Positions 51,032 to 62,075 of a stretch of DNA of 64,000 bases are shown here, one piece after another. The DNA is taken from assembly GCA_024222895.1 (NCBI GenBank), contig JAAEOR010000188.1, forward strand, positions 3,286 through 67,285. The letters are read 5' to 3'. The stretch comes from Hyphomicrobiales bacterium (GTDB lineage Bacteria; Pseudomonadota; Alphaproteobacteria; Rhizobiales; Kaistiaceae). The position numbers and the translations under genes were made by a program. The notes below the pieces were generated by a model, which ran no database searches, was not told the DNA's origin, and saw only the letters and a program-made list of their open reading frames with translations. Each line of letters opens with the position of its first letter. Position 1 is the first letter of the stretch.

Positions 51032-51633
51032 CAAAATCTCTGAGCGGCGTCGAGGAGAGTCCGGTGCGTGCGCGGAAAACCCGCATGGGGTTGACCGCCG
51101 CCCTGTGCGCCGTTTTCGTGGCTGGTATGGTCGGCATGTCCTTTGCCGCCGTGCCGCTCTATCGCCTTTTCTGCCAGGTGACCGGGTATGGCGGGACGAC
51201 CCAGCAGGCTGAAGCGGCGCCGACCAATGTCCTTGACCGGTCGATGAGCGTTCGCTTCGATGCCAACATCGCCAATGGGCTCGGTTGGAGCTTTCGCCCG
51301 GCTGTCCGCCAAGTGGATATCAAGGTTGGCGAGACCGGCGAAGTGACATTCATCGCTGAGAATCGCGGAACGCGCACGACCACCGGTACCGCGGTCTTTA
51401 ACGTCTCGCCCCTGCTCGTCGGCGCCTATTTCAACAAGATCGCCTGTTTCTGCTTCACCGAGCAGACGCTGGCGCCAGGGGAGTCGGTCGAGATGCCGGT
51501 GACGTTCTTCATCGATCCGGCTATTCAAGAATCGCGCGATCTGAACAGCGTGCACACCGTGACTTTGTCCTACACTTTCTATCCTGCCGAAACCGAGGTC
51601 TCCGCCATGGCTGGCGAAGACCGTGTATTCTGA
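51028..51633 (+). CDS. ctaG: Cytochrome c oxidase assembly protein CtaG/Cox11
   Basis: 'AVPLY..FC.VTG.GG', '[10 protein letters not shown]', 'TLSYTF'. Confidence 0.96.
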   Translation: MTKSLSGVEESPVRARKTRMGLTAALCAVFVAGMVGMSFAAVPLYRLFCQVTGYGGTTQQAEAAPTNVLDRSMSVRFDANIANGLGWSFRPAVRQVDIKVGETGEVTFIAENRGTRTTTGTAVFNVSPLLVGAYFNKIACFCFTEQTLAPGESVEMPVTFFIDPAIQESRDLNSVHTVTLSYTFYPAETEVSAMAGEDRVF

Positions 51634-51648
51634 CGTCGGAGCATCTTA

Positions 51649-52491
51649 ATGGCTGAGGCCCACGCTAACACTCATCCCTACCATCTGGTCAATCCGAGCC
51701 CGTGGCCGATCGTCGGCGCGATTGCCGCATTTGCGTTGGCTCTCGGCGCAATCGGATACATGCACGGGGCCTCCCTCTGGTGGGTAGCGCCTGGACTGCT
51801 TGGCGTGCTCTACACAATGCTGGTTTGGTGGCGGGACGTTATTCGGGAAGCTGAAACCGGTGATCATACGCCGGTGGTCCAGATTGGCCTGCGGTACGGG
51901 ATGATATTGTTCATCGCCTCCGAGGTGATGTTCTTTGTTGCGTGGTTCTGGGCGTTCTTCGACGCGAGCCTCTTTCCCGCCGCGCCGGAGCAGGTCCTCC
52001 GTGCCGAGTTTACCGGCGGGCAGTGGCCACCCGAAGGTGTCGAAGTTTTTGACCCGTGGCATTTTCCACTTCTCAACACGCTAATCCTGTTGACTTCGGG
52101 AACGACCGTTACCTGGGCGCATCATGCGCTGCTTCACAACGATCGCCGCGGATTGGTTTGGGGGCTGGTGCTGACAATTATCCTGGGATTGATCTTCACC
52201 AGCGTCCAGATCTACGAATACGCCAATGCCGCGTTTTCGTTCGGCGGCAGCATCTACGGGTCGACGTTTTTCATGGCGACCGGCTTCCACGGTTTCCACG
52301 TGATTGTTGGCACCATTTTTCTGATCGTGTGCCTGATCCGGGCGGTGGCCGGCCAGTTCACGCCGAAGCAGCATTTCGGCTTCGAGGCGGCCGCCTGGTA
52401 CTGGCACTTCGTTGATGTGGTTTGGCTGTTCCTTTTCTTCTCGATCTACATCTGGGGCAATTGGGGCGCGCCCTACCATCTGATCGAATAG
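51649..52491 (+). CDS. coxC: Cytochrome c oxidase subunit III
   Basis: 'HPYHLV.PSPWP', 'FIASEVMFF', 'TGFHGFHV', '[10 protein letters not shown]'. Confidence 0.97.
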   Translation: MAEAHANTHPYHLVNPSPWPIVGAIAAFALALGAIGYMHGASLWWVAPGLLGVLYTMLVWWRDVIREAETGDHTPVVQIGLRYGMILFIASEVMFFVAWFWAFFDASLFPAAPEQVLRAEFTGGQWPPEGVEVFDPWHFPLLNTLILLTSGTTVTWAHHALLHNDRRGLVWGLVLTIILGLIFTSVQIYEYANAAFSFGGSIYGSTFFMATGFHGFHVIVGTIFLIVCLIRAVAGQFTPKQHFGFEAAAWYWHFVDVVWLFLFFSIYIWGNWGAPYHLIE

Positions 52492-52495
52492 ACGG

Positions 52496-52882
52496 ATGGC
52501 GGGCGAGGATCAGGAGCATTACCCCGATCTGCCGCCGACTCGAACGGGCATGCGCGGGTTCTGCCCGCGCTGCGGAAAAGGTCGGCTTTTCGATGGGTTC
52601 CTGACCCTCGCGCCCCGTTGTTCGAACTGCCGCCTCGAGTACGGATTCAGCGATTCCGGTGACGGACCGGCTGTTTTCATCATCATGATCGTCGGCTTCA
52701 TCGTCGTGGGCCTGGCGCTTTATGTCGAGTTTGCGTTTCACCCTCCCTATTGGGTGCACGCTATCCTCTGGGTGCCGTTGGTCCTCATCCTCTCCATCGG
52801 ACTCTTGCGGCCATTGAAGGGCTTGATGATTGCGCATCAATATCGACAAAGGGCCCGAGAGGGGCGCTTCGATAGCGCGTGA
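52496..52882 (+). CDS. DUF983 family membrane protein
   Basis: 'CPRCG.GRLF.GFL', 'C..C', 'D.GDGPA', 'LRP.KG'. Confidence 0.85.
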   Translation: MAGEDQEHYPDLPPTRTGMRGFCPRCGKGRLFDGFLTLAPRCSNCRLEYGFSDSGDGPAVFIIMIVGFIVVGLALYVEFAFHPPYWVHAILWVPLVLILSIGLLRPLKGLMIAHQYRQRAREGRFDSA

Positions 52883-53622
52883 AGAAAGCCGGTGCCCGCA
52901 GTCTGGTCGTCCTTGGCGTCTTCGTTGTCGTCGGATTTGCAGTGCTGATGTCTCTTGGCTTCTGGCAAGTGCAGCGGCTTCAATGGAAGCAAGACCTGAT
53001 CTCGCGCGTCGCGAGCCAAATGGAAGCCGAACCGATGCCGGCTCCGGGACCGGAGGCCTGGCCGACGCTTGATGTGACGGCAGAAGAGTATCGCCCGGTC
53101 ATGGTCCCTGGGCGTTTTTTTAATGATCGCGAAGCGCATGTTGTCTTCACTCTGACCCAGCCAAAAGGTCCGATTGGCGGTATCGGCTATATGGTGATGA
53201 CGCCCCTGCAGACCGATGAAGGTTGGATTGTCTACATCAACCGGGGGTTCGTTCCGCGCGATCGTCGCGATCGACAGGACCGCGCCGGCGGATTACCCCA
53301 AACGCCGACAACCGTCGAAGGCCTGCTTCGCCGGCCTCACCAGCGCGTCTGGTTCGGACCGGCCGACGATCCGGACGGCAACGAATGGTTTTCGCGCGAC
53401 CCGGCGGCCTTTGCCGCATCGGCGGGTCTGTCGTCGAAAACCGTCGCCCCATACATCGTTGATGCGTTCGCTGATCCCGAACTCCCGGGCGGCTTGCCGC
53501 AGGGCGGCGAGACCGTCGTGACTTTCTCGAACAACCACCTGCAATACGCGGTCACCTGGTTCGGGCTGGCGCTGGCGCTGCTCGGCGTCTTCGCCGCTGT
53601 GGTCCTGAAAGCGCGGCGGTAG
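52879..53622 (+). CDS. surf1: SURF1 family protein
   Basis: 'LG.WQ..R..WK', 'NRG.VP', 'NNHLQYA.TW'. Confidence 0.93.
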   Translation: MKKAGARSLVVLGVFVVVGFAVLMSLGFWQVQRLQWKQDLISRVASQMEAEPMPAPGPEAWPTLDVTAEEYRPVMVPGRFFNDREAHVVFTLTQPKGPIGGIGYMVMTPLQTDEGWIVYINRGFVPRDRRDRQDRAGGLPQTPTTVEGLLRRPHQRVWFGPADDPDGNEWFSRDPAAFAASAGLSSKTVAPYIVDAFADPELPGGLPQGGETVVTFSNNHLQYAVTWFGLALALLGVFAAVVLKARR

Positions 53623-53660
53623 AGCGCTCTCGGCAGGAGTGCAAGAAACCCGGACTAGAT

Positions 53661-54260
53661 CTAGCTCGAACCGGCATCAGTCGGGTCAAGGAGCTCGAAG
53701 GATGTCGGTGGATCCGGACAGACCTGAAAACCACATTCCAAAAGCGTGGTCACCCCGTTCGCGGCCGTGACCCCGATCATCAAGACGACACCGATTAAGA
53801 CGATTCCACGGAGACGGCGTGGAGCGGCGTGCTCGAACTGGGCAGAGAACAGCAGTACCAATCCGCTCAGGGCGATGCCGATGAAGAAGATGATGGCGTT
53901 CCACGTATAGTAGTGCAGTCCAAGGAATGGCGAGCCATACGACCCACTCCCCGGCACGATGTGCAGAAGCACCTGGCGGCCGGCGAAGACGAACCCAGAC
54001 ACGGCGGCGAGCAGGATAAGACCGTAGTGGGCCGGCTTAAGCCCCACGCGCAGATTCAAGATCAGTCCGACGCCCATGGCGCAAAAAGCCACCCGCTGGA
54101 GGTTACACAGCGGGCAGGGCAGTTCGCCAAGAGCAAACTCGAAATAGAAGGCAGCCAGCAGAATCGCGACGATCAGATAGAGCGCGATGACGTTCAGCCA
54201 GTAGAACAGCGTCGCGGCGGCTGAAAGGGGCGGCTCAACCGGATGTTCGACAAAAGTCAT
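53661..54260 (-). CDS. Disulfide bond formation protein B family (DsbB/DsbI-like)
   Basis: 'ELPCPLC.LQR', 'RQVLLHI.PG', 'GLH.YTW', second Cys pair 'ECG..VCPD.P'. ATG overlaps the upstream small ORF stop. Confidence 0.85.
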   Translation of the reverse strand: MTFVEHPVEPPLSAAATLFYWLNVIALYLIVAILLAAFYFEFALGELPCPLCNLQRVAFCAMGVGLILNLRVGLKPAHYGLILLAAVSGFVFAGRQVLLHIVPGSGSYGSPFLGLHYYTWNAIIFFIGIALSGLVLLFSAQFEHAAPRRLRGIVLIGVVLMIGVTAANGVTTLLECGFQVCPDPPTSFELLDPTDAGSS

Positions 54261-54421
54261 AGCGACAGCCCCAGCTGACTGGTCGCAAAGTGAAAGAACA
54301 CGCCAAACGACAGGGCGAAGGCAAAAGCGAAGAAGAACACCGCAAGCGCCGTCCGCCGCCAACTCAGCAGGACGAAAATCATCGCGAAAGCATAGAGAGC
54401 AAAGAGAATCGCGAGCACCAT
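54257..54421 (-). CDS. Small 54-aa two-TM protein (DUF5993-like; not in ORF track)
   Basis: MVLAILFALYAFAMIFVLLSWRRTALAVFFFAFAFALSFGVFFHFATSQLGLSL*. ATGA overlap with the DsbB-like gene, GGAG upstream. Confidence 0.7.
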   Translation of the reverse strand: MVLAILFALYAFAMIFVLLSWRRTALAVFFFAFAFALSFGVFFHFATSQLGLSL

Positions 54422-54475
54422 CGGTACGCTACTCCGATCGTCTGAATATCAACACCATCAATATGAAGATGATTC

Positions 54476-54489
54476 TTGACTCCGATCAA
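54476..54489 (-). promoter_or_regulatory. FNR/FixK-type binding site
   Basis: Minus strand TTGAT-CGGA-GTCAA (consensus TTGAT-N4-ATCAA), centred about 61 bp upstream of the small ORF start, with a GATATT -10-like hexamer at 54450-54445. Confidence 0.6.
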
Positions 54490-54500
54490 GGGCAACTCGA

Positions 54501-55115
54501 TCAGGCATGGCCGGCTTCCCCGGAGAGTCGCCCCGAGTCGATCCCGATCATGGCCAGGGCCGCGTCATATTTCGAATCGATGTCGGAACTAAAGATGAGC
54601 TCAGGCGTGGCCGGCCCGTTGAGCCATCCGTTTGACTGGATCTCGGCCTCGAGCTGGCCCGGTGCCCAGCCGGCATAGCCAAGAGCGAGAAGAGCATTTT
54701 GCGGCCCGTTGCCAGCCGCAATCGCCTTGAGGATCTCTAGCGTTGCGGTGAGGCAGACATTCTCGTCAATCGGCAGCGTCGAGTTCTCGATGAAATAGTC
54801 GGCGCTGTGCAGAACGAAGCCACGCCCGGTCTCGACGGGTCCGCCGCGCTGGACGCGCATCACGTCCGCCGTGTCCGGCAGGCGGATCTCCGGTCCGTCC
54901 GGAATAATCCCGAGTTGCACCAGAAGATCGCGAAAAGTGATCTGCGGTGCGGCTTGGTTGACCATGATTCCCATAGCGCCATCGGCCGAATGGGCGCACA
55001 CATACACGACGCTTCGGGTGAAGCGGCTATCCTGCATTCCTGGCATGGCGATCAGGAACTGTCCGTCCAGATAACTTCGCTGTTCGGACCCCGGATCTTT
55101 TTCGAAACTGACCAT
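54501..55115 (-). CDS. YqgE/AlgH (UPF0301) family protein
   Basis: 'FLIAMP.M.D.RF.RSVVYVC.H', 'GGPVE..RGF.LH', 'GYAGW.PGQLE.E'. Confidence 0.92.
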   Translation of the reverse strand: MVSFEKDPGSEQRSYLDGQFLIAMPGMQDSRFTRSVVYVCAHSADGAMGIMVNQAAPQITFRDLLVQLGIIPDGPEIRLPDTADVMRVQRGGPVETGRGFVLHSADYFIENSTLPIDENVCLTATLEILKAIAAGNGPQNALLALGYAGWAPGQLEAEIQSNGWLNGPATPELIFSSDIDSKYDAALAMIGIDSGRLSGEAGHA

Positions 55116-55260
55116 GGTTTTGGAGCCTAGCACGGCCGGAACAAAAGGAAAGCGTGACTTTGTCGACGGCCTTTCCTGACGTGGCGGTCACGAATAAATG
55201 ATGGCGTCGGCGGCGCCCGGGTCTCGTTCTCCACCCATGGCAACGCTAGGTTCGCCCCCC

Positions 55261-56088
55261 ATGAGACACCTGCATTCGCCTGCCTTCACTCTGATCTTCA
55301 CTGTGCTGTTTGCCAGTTTCGCAGCGCCGACATTTGCCGTGACCGGCGATTGGGTCAACGGCGACAAGGCGCGGGTTCGCCTGATTGCCGCCGACGTCGG
55401 TGGTCGTTTGACGGGGGCCATCGAGATCGAGCTCGCTCCGGGATGGAAAACCTACTGGCGCACACCCGGTGCCGCCGGTATCGCGCCGGTGGTCGATTTC
55501 TCGACTTCGAGCAATGTCAGCGATGTCGTGATCCGCTACCCGATCCCGCACCGGTATGACGACGGCTACGCGATTAGCAATGTCTACGAAGGACGGATCC
55601 TCCTGCCGCTGGAGATCGCTACCGGCGACGCGTCTACCCCGGTCGATCTGCGGCTCTCACTCGACATTGGAGTTTGTGAGATCGTCTGCATACCGGCGCA
55701 TTATGAAATGACCCTCACTGTCCCGCCGGGGGTTACCGATCCTGGTGTCTTGAGCGCTGTGGCGGAAGCGCGAACGCTGCTTCCCGGGCCGCCGGAACGC
55801 GGCATCCTCGCAGCAGAACGGATCGTTCGCCACGGTGGTACGGATAAGCGGCCGGAGTACCTGGTCACGGTCGCCGTGCCGACCCACGGCGTTGCAGAAG
55901 TCTATGTGGAGGGTCCGCAGGATTGGTATGCGGCCACGCCTGTCCTGGTCTCGTCAGACGGCGCCTACGCCGACTATCGCGTTGCGTTTGATCGCCTGGG
56001 TGCCAGGACCCCGCTTGATGAGGCGCGCTTTGTCGTGACGATTGTGACACCGGATCGTGCCATCGAGCAGGCGATCGCCGCCCACTAG
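55261..56088 (+). CDS. DsbD N-terminal-like (DsbD domain) exported protein
   Basis: Signal peptide, 'GWKTYWR.PG.AG', 'VCE.VCIP'. Confidence 0.82.
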   Translation: MRHLHSPAFTLIFTVLFASFAAPTFAVTGDWVNGDKARVRLIAADVGGRLTGAIEIELAPGWKTYWRTPGAAGIAPVVDFSTSSNVSDVVIRYPIPHRYDDGYAISNVYEGRILLPLEIATGDASTPVDLRLSLDIGVCEIVCIPAHYEMTLTVPPGVTDPGVLSAVAEARTLLPGPPERGILAAERIVRHGGTDKRPEYLVTVAVPTHGVAEVYVEGPQDWYAATPVLVSSDGAYADYRVAFDRLGARTPLDEARFVVTIVTPDRAIEQAIAAH

Positions 56089-56153
56089 GCTCGGATATTG
56101 CGGCATTTGCTCGGGCGGGTGCTGCAGGCGTTGCAATGGCGGAAACAGATCAC
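56085..56153. repeat. Degenerate family C element, copy 2
   Basis: CATTTGCTCGGGCGG identical to 35145-35159; downstream GCTGCAGG and TGGCGGAAACAGATCAC align with copy 1. Confidence 0.6.
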
Positions 56154-56218
56154 ACATGGGCCGCGCATCAGCCGGCTCGTTGTTTTCCAGGGTTTGTGCG
56201 TTTCGGGGGGGCGAAGCA

Positions 56219-56608
56219 ATGGCCGTTGAGTTGCGTGTCGATCCGCTCCCGCCTGAAGCGGAACTTCGTTCGTTGCTCCGCGACTCCTGGGGAGAAGAAC
56301 CTAGAGTCGATTTCAACGCTGTCTTGGCGCGTAGCCTTGTTCATGTGGGCGCCTGCGACGGCAAGCGGCTCGTCGGCTTCGTGAACGTTGCCTGGGACGG
56401 CGGAGCACATGCGTCAATTTTCGATACCAGCGTCCATCCAGACTACCGCCGTAGAGGTATTGCTACATCTCTGATTGGCTGCGCCACGGAGATCGCCCGC
56501 GATCGCGGAGCCCATTGGCTTCATGTCGATTACGAGCCGCATCTCAACGGGTTCTACGAAGCTTGCGGATTCAGGCCGACCACCGCTGGTCTGATCAGGC
56601 TCCGCTAG
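56219..56608 (+). CDS. GNAT family N-acetyltransferase
   Basis: 'V.P.YRRRGIA', 'GFY...GF'. Confidence 0.85.
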   Translation: MAVELRVDPLPPEAELRSLLRDSWGEEPRVDFNAVLARSLVHVGACDGKRLVGFVNVAWDGGAHASIFDTSVHPDYRRRGIATSLIGCATEIARDRGAHWLHVDYEPHLNGFYEACGFRPTTAGLIRLR

Positions 56609-57074
56609 CCGGACTGTGATCAGCGGCTTTCGGCTTGAAGGGAGCCATGCCGTCCCGTGCAAGCTGATCGGCCCGCTCATTCGCCTCGGTTCCGGCGTGA
56701 CCCTTTACCCAGTGCCACCGGACGCGGTGCTTCTGATTCAGGGCGTCGAGCAGCCGCCAGAGATCGGCGTTCTTCACCGGCTTTCGGCTGCTGGTACGCC
56801 AGCCGTTCCTCTTCCACCCGTTGATCCAGTTCGTGATGCCACCACGCAGATATTGCGAGTCGGTGTGCAGATCGACGGTCGATGACCGGGTGAGGGCCTC
56901 CAACGCCTTGATCGCGGCCGTCAGCTCCATTCGATTGTTCGTCGTTTCCGGAGCGCCGCCTGAGAGTTCCTTCTCCCTGCCATTCCATCTCAGGATAGCC
57001 CCCCAGCCGCCGGGCCCGGGGTTTCCCGCGCAGGCGCCGTCAGTCCATATCTCGACGGGCGGGCGGGCGTTCAC
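56595..57074 (-). CDS. rnhA: Ribonuclease HI
   Basis: 'TDGAC.GNPGPGG.G', 'TNNRMEL', 'TDSQY', 'WVKGH', 'NERAD'. GTG start overlaps the thrB stop. Confidence 0.97.
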   Translation of the reverse strand: MNARPPVEIWTDGACAGNPGPGGWGAILRWNGREKELSGGAPETTNNRMELTAAIKALEALTRSSTVDLHTDSQYLRGGITNWINGWKRNGWRTSSRKPVKNADLWRLLDALNQKHRVRWHWVKGHAGTEANERADQLARDGMAPFKPKAADHSPASGA

Positions 57075-58036
57075 AGGTCCAGCCCATAGGCCCGGGCGTC
57101 GCCGGCGCTGCGGTGGAAACGCAGCTTGCGGGCGAACTCCGTCGGATCCTTCGGCACCACCAGCGCACCAGCCGGAACAGTCAGCCAGTCGTGCAGCCGG
57201 GTCAGCAGAAAGCGAAGGGCAGCGCCGCGGGCGAGCGTGGGGAGCGCCTCGATCTCTGCCTTCGAAAGGGCACGCTCCGCCGAATACGAGGCCAGCAGGG
57301 CGCGGGCCTTGGTGATGTTGAAAGCGCCGTCGGTTTCGAAGCACCAGGCGTTCAGGCAGATGGCGATATCATAGGCGAGCATGTCGTTGCAGGCGAAGTA
57401 AAAGTCGATCAGCCCCGATAAAGCCTGACGGAGAAAAAATACATTGTCAGGGAACAAGTCCGCGTGGATGACTCCGCTCGGCAATCCACGGGGCCAGTGG
57501 TCTTCAAGAAATGCAAGCTCGGATTCGATCTCGGCCGCGAGTCCGGTCTGGACTTCATCGGCGCGACCGCCGCAGGTCTGGTACAGTGGCCGCCACGCAT
57601 CGACCGTGAGCGCGTTTGGTCGCCTCAGCGTAAAGGATTGTCCGGCCTCGTGCAGTCCCGCCAACGCCCGGCCAACTGCGGCGCAATGTTCCGTCCGCGG
57701 GCGTTTCACCCACACACCGGTCAGAAATGTCACGATCGCGGCCGGGCGCTCGGCCAGCCGGTTCAGGGCTCTCCCACGCCGGTCATGAACAGGCGTCGGG
57801 CAGGTGATTCCGGCGTTTGCCAGATGCTCCATGAGACCGAGGAAGAAGGGTAGATCGGCCGGGTCGACACGCTTTTCGTAAAGCGTCAGAATAAACTGGC
57901 CAGCCTCGGTGGCCAGCAGATAGTTGGAATTCTCGACGCCCTCGGCGATGCCCTTGAACGATAATACGTTCCCAACGTCATAGCCCTGCACGAAGCGATC
58001 CAGCTCCTCATCGGACAGGTCGGTATAGACTGCCAA
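57071..58036 (-). CDS. thrB: Homoserine kinase type II
   Basis: 'MAVYT', 'GI.EG.ENSN', 'HADLFPDN', 'IDFYFAC', 'RFLLTRL.DW', 'KDP.E'. Confidence 0.95.
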   Translation of the reverse strand: MAVYTDLSDEELDRFVQGYDVGNVLSFKGIAEGVENSNYLLATEAGQFILTLYEKRVDPADLPFFLGLMEHLANAGITCPTPVHDRRGRALNRLAERPAAIVTFLTGVWVKRPRTEHCAAVGRALAGLHEAGQSFTLRRPNALTVDAWRPLYQTCGGRADEVQTGLAAEIESELAFLEDHWPRGLPSGVIHADLFPDNVFFLRQALSGLIDFYFACNDMLAYDIAICLNAWCFETDGAFNITKARALLASYSAERALSKAEIEALPTLARGAALRFLLTRLHDWLTVPAGALVVPKDPTEFARKLRFHRSAGDARAYGLDL

Positions 58037-58043
58037 GTCGGCC

Positions 58044-59042
58044 TCACTCGGCGGCGGTTTCGCGCAACTGCCGCGGCAGGGCGAATGTTACCAGTTCCGA
58101 GGCCGTGTTCACGACATCAACATGAATGTCGTAGCGGGTCGCGAATGCCTCGATGACCTCGTCGACCAGGGCTTCCGGTGCAGACGCTCCGGCTGTGATA
58201 CCGAGCCGGCTGATCCTCTCAAGACGAGCCCAGTCTATGTCGGTGGCGCGCTGAATCAGGATTGCAAGTGGGCATCCCACCCGCTCGGCGACCTCGCGCA
58301 GGCGTTGGGAGTTGGAGGAGTTGGGCGCTCCGACAACGATCATGGCGTCGACATTGGCAGCGACTTGCTTGACCGCTTCCTGTCGATTGGTCGTCGCGTA
58401 GCAGATGTCGTCCTTGTGCGGCGCAAGAATGTTCGGGAATCGATCGGTCAGGATGGCCACGATCGCTGCCGCGTCGTCTACCGAAAGCGTGGTTTGGGTT
58501 ATCCAGGCGAGATTGTCGGGATTCTGGGGTAGGAACGTCCGTGCGTCGTCTTCACTTTCGATCAGGCAGACCGCACCGGGGGGCAATTGACCCATCGTGC
58601 CAACCACCTCTGGGTGGCCGGCATGGCCAATCAGGACGATCTCTCGGCCTTTCTTTCGATGCAGAATTTCGGCCTCTCGGTGAACCTTGGTGACGAGCGG
58701 GCAGGTGGCATCGATCTGGAAAAGATTGCGGGCGCGGGCCGCTTGGGGGACCGCTTTGGCAACACCGTGAGCGGAAAAGATTACCGGTTGCTCGGTCTCC
58801 GGGATTTCATCGAGTTCGTCGACGAACACAGCGCCCTTGGCCTTCAATCCATCGACGACGTAGCGGTTGTGAACGATTTCATGCCGGACATAGACCGGGA
58901 CTCCATATCGCTCCAGGGCCAATTCGACAATCTGGATTGCGCGATCGACACCGGCACAAAAGCCGCGCGGCGCGCACAGACGGATGACCAGCGGTGGGCG
59001 GCGTTTCGACATCGTCCGAATTGGGGTGCCAGCGGTCGACAT
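58044..59042 (-). CDS. ispH: 4-hydroxy-3-methylbut-2-enyl diphosphate reductase
   Basis: 'PRGFCAGV', 'IVHN', 'SAHG', 'DATCPLV.KVH', '[10 protein letters not shown]', 'SSNS', 'TAGASAP'. Start uncertain. Confidence 0.97.
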   Translation of the reverse strand: MSTAGTPIRTMSKRRPPLVIRLCAPRGFCAGVDRAIQIVELALERYGVPVYVRHEIVHNRYVVDGLKAKGAVFVDELDEIPETEQPVIFSAHGVAKAVPQAARARNLFQIDATCPLVTKVHREAEILHRKKGREIVLIGHAGHPEVVGTMGQLPPGAVCLIESEDDARTFLPQNPDNLAWITQTTLSVDDAAAIVAILTDRFPNILAPHKDDICYATTNRQEAVKQVAANVDAMIVVGAPNSSNSQRLREVAERVGCPLAILIQRATDIDWARLERISRLGITAGASAPEALVDEVIEAFATRYDIHVDVVNTASELVTFALPRQLRETAAE

Positions 59043-59102
59043 GTCAAGATCGTCTAATGTCCAATCGGCGTCGCGGCGGTTGGTGGGCAAGCCGTTGGCC
59101 GC

Positions 59103-62075
59103 TCACGCCTGTTCGTAGGCGTCTTCGTTCACGTCGGTACGAAACAGAAGCTTGTTTGCTTCGGCGGCGGTCATTGGTTGGCCGTAGAGGAAGCCCTGAA
59201 CGAATTCGCAGCCAAGATCCTCGAGCTCTTGGGCGTCGACTTCCGACTCCGCCCCTTCGGCGACGACATCCATTCCGAGGTCATGGGCGAGGGCGATGAT
59301 CGAGCGCAGGATGATCCGTCGGTCTCCGCCGGCAGTGCCGCGCACGAACGTTCGGTCGATCTTGATGGTATCGAACGGAAATCGCTGCAAATACGACAGC
59401 GACGAATAGCCGGTACCGAAGTCGTCGAGTGACAAGCCAGCCCCGAGTTCCTGGATGCGTGCCAGCACCTGAGCCGCGTATTCGGGATTCTCCATCACCA
59501 GGCTTTCGGTAACTTCAAGCTTCAGCGATCCGCGATTGATGCTGGAGCGGACGAGGACCGATTTGACATCGTTGATGAGATCGTGGCGGAGGAGCTGTCG
59601 ACTCGACACGTTGACACTGGTGAACAGGGGTGTGTGTCGACCGAGGGCCTCCTGCCAGTCCGCGAGTTGGCGTGCTGCCCGGTCGAGGACAAACAGCCCG
59701 AGAGGAATGATGAGTCCAGTGCGTTCGGCCATCGGGATGAAATCGGAAGGCGGTATGCGACCGAGCTTGGGATGATCCCAACGGACCAGTGCCTCGAACC
59801 CGGCGATTGATTTGTCAGTCAACCGCACAACCGGCTGATAGAGGACCTTGATCTCCTCACGGCCGAGCGCCCGGCGGAGATCGGATTCCAGCGTCGCCAG
59901 ATCGGTGCCATGCTGACGCAATGCTGCCCGGAATGCCTCGATCCGGTCGCCGCCGAGACGCTTGGCGTGGTACATACCGATCTCGGCCTCCTTCATCATT
60001 TCCTCCGCTTCGATCTCCCTGCCGTCATGCATCGAAATACCGATCGATGCCGTCAGGAAGGTCTCCTTTTCGCCCAACGTAATGGGCGCGCGAAGCGTAC
60101 GGCGCACCGATTCGGCGAACGCGGCGATCCGTTCGGCCTGATCCTCGGAGACCAGGAGGAAAGCGAACTGATCTCCACCGAACCGGGCAAGCGTATCCTG
60201 GGGCTTGAGCAGCCGGGTCAGCCGCCGAGCCACCGTAAGCAGAATCGAATCGCCGATCGCCAGGCCGAAGGAATCATTGACCTGCTTGAAGCGGTCGACG
60301 TCGAGCATGAAGACCGATGGGCGAGTAATGTCTTCCGCTTCGCTCCACGAGATGGCGGCGCGCAGGCGGTCAAGGAAGAGCTCACGGTTGGGCAGCCCGG
60401 TCAGGTTGTCGTGAACGGAATCGTGGAGCAGGCGCTCTTCGGCAGTGCGTTCCTCTGTCACGTCGAGAAGGGTGCCGACGACGCGAAGCACCTCGCCGTC
60501 CTGGCCGAGCACCGGCCTGGCGCGCAGGTGGAACCATCGATAGTGACCGTCATCGGACCGCAGACGGAAGTCCTGGGCGATTCTTCCCCGCCGCTGTTCG
60601 ACCGCGGCATCAAGCAGGGTTCGGAAACGATCGCGGTCGGCGGGGTGGAGAATCTCCAGCCAGTCGCGCGCGGCACCCTCGAGGGCGCCGCGGCTGAGGC
60701 CAAGCAGATTCTCGGCCTCTGGGGCCGCGTAGATCCGGTCGCGTTGGACGTCCCAGTCCCAAACGATATCGCCCGCCCCCGTCAGGGCGAGGGCTCGGCG
60801 TTCGGTGTCGCCGATGGGTCCCTGCGTGACCATTCCGCCGGCGAAGGCATGCTGCATCACCGTGAATCCCAATAGGAGCACGATCAGGACCAGACCACCG
60901 GCCAGGGCAGGCTGCACCACGTCGTTGTTGATCCTGTCGGTGATGGTCAGCCAGCCGGCAAATGTCCACGCCAGGAGCAGTAGCCAGGTGGGAACCAACA
61001 TGATGGCCCGATCGAAGCCATGGGTGGCAAGGTAAGCGATCAGCAGGATGCCGAGCACCGCGGCCAGACCGATTGACAATCGCGCGACGCCGGCCGCGAC
61101 GGTCGGCTCAATGATCGCGATGCCGAAGAGAAGCGCCATTCCGACCAGCCAGCCGATGGTCAGGTGACTGTAGCGGACATGCCAACGATTGAGGTTCAAG
61201 TAAGTGTAGGTGAAAACCACAAGAGATGTGGCCAGGAAGACCTCGGCGGCGGCCCGCCAGATCTGTTCCTCGCCTGGCAACACGTCGATGATGCGGTTCA
61301 CGAAGCCGAAGTCGATACACAGATAAATCAGCACGGCCCAGGCGAGCGCCGCCGTCGCCGGGAACATCGCAGTTCCTTTGACCACGAAAACGATCGTCAG
61401 AAACAGCGCCAGCAAACCGGCAATACCCAGAACGATCCCCCGATAAAGGGAGTATGAATTGACGGTGTCCTTGTAGGCGTCTCCGTCCCACAGATAGAGC
61501 TGAGGCAGTTCGGGGGTATGCAATTCCGCCACATAGGTGACGACGGCTCCCGGATCGAGCGTGATCCGGAAAACATCGGCTTCCTGACTGGACTGTCGGT
61601 CCGGCGCAAAACCCTGGCTTGGGGTGATATTAGCCACCCGCGAGGCATCGAGATCGGGCCAGATCAGCCCGGATCCGGCAAGCCTGTAGTGTTGCGATAC
61701 GAGCAGCCGGTCGATTTGTTCGTCGCCATTATTGGCAAGGGCGAAAACTGCCCAGTCGGAACTGCCGCCTTCCTCTTGAGAGCGGATTTCGATTCTGCGG
61801 ACGATGCCATCGATGCCTGGCGCCGTCGACACCTGGATTCGGTCAGTCGGCTCGCGGAAGATCTGAACCTGATCTGACAGGTCCAGCGTGCGACCGTCCA
61901 GCGGCACCGGAATGCCGTCGAGCGCGTTCGCTCCAACAAAAGGGAGTGCCACGGCAAACGCCGCCAGGAACAGGACTGTAATCAGTCGGACTAGAAACAA
62001 CCGACGCTCCAAGGTCGGGACGAATCGCGATGTGATATTTGCCTGTGCGGGCCGAAACAAGGCAAGGCCGGCCAT
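59103..62075 (-). CDS. 7TMR-DISM/PAS/GGDEF/EAL c-di-GMP protein (RgsP-like)
   Basis: Periplasmic domain, 7 TM helices, PAS ('HP.DR', 'W...R'), degenerate GGDQF, intact 'EAL', 'EVTE', 'DDFGTGYSS'. Confidence 0.9.
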   Translation of the reverse strand: MAGLALFRPAQANITSRFVPTLERRLFLVRLITVLFLAAFAVALPFVGANALDGIPVPLDGRTLDLSDQVQIFREPTDRIQVSTAPGIDGIVRRIEIRSQEEGGSSDWAVFALANNGDEQIDRLLVSQHYRLAGSGLIWPDLDASRVANITPSQGFAPDRQSSQEADVFRITLDPGAVVTYVAELHTPELPQLYLWDGDAYKDTVNSYSLYRGIVLGIAGLLALFLTIVFVVKGTAMFPATAALAWAVLIYLCIDFGFVNRIIDVLPGEEQIWRAAAEVFLATSLVVFTYTYLNLNRWHVRYSHLTIGWLVGMALLFGIAIIEPTVAAGVARLSIGLAAVLGILLIAYLATHGFDRAIMLVPTWLLLLAWTFAGWLTITDRINNDVVQPALAGGLVLIVLLLGFTVMQHAFAGGMVTQGPIGDTERRALALTGAGDIVWDWDVQRDRIYAAPEAENLLGLSRGALEGAARDWLEILHPADRDRFRTLLDAAVEQRRGRIAQDFRLRSDDGHYRWFHLRARPVLGQDGEVLRVVGTLLDVTEERTAEERLLHDSVHDNLTGLPNRELFLDRLRAAISWSEAEDITRPSVFMLDVDRFKQVNDSFGLAIGDSILLTVARRLTRLLKPQDTLARFGGDQFAFLLVSEDQAERIAAFAESVRRTLRAPITLGEKETFLTASIGISMHDGREIEAEEMMKEAEIGMYHAKRLGGDRIEAFRAALRQHGTDLATLESDLRRALGREEIKVLYQPVVRLTDKSIAGFEALVRWDHPKLGRIPPSDFIPMAERTGLIIPLGLFVLDRAARQLADWQEALGRHTPLFTSVNVSSRQLLRHDLINDVKSVLVRSSINRGSLKLEVTESLVMENPEYAAQVLARIQELGAGLSLDDFGTGYSSLSYLQRFPFDTIKIDRTFVRGTAGGDRRIILRSIIALAHDLGMDVVAEGAESEVDAQELEDLGCEFVQGFLYGQPMTAAEANKLLFRTDVNEDAYEQA

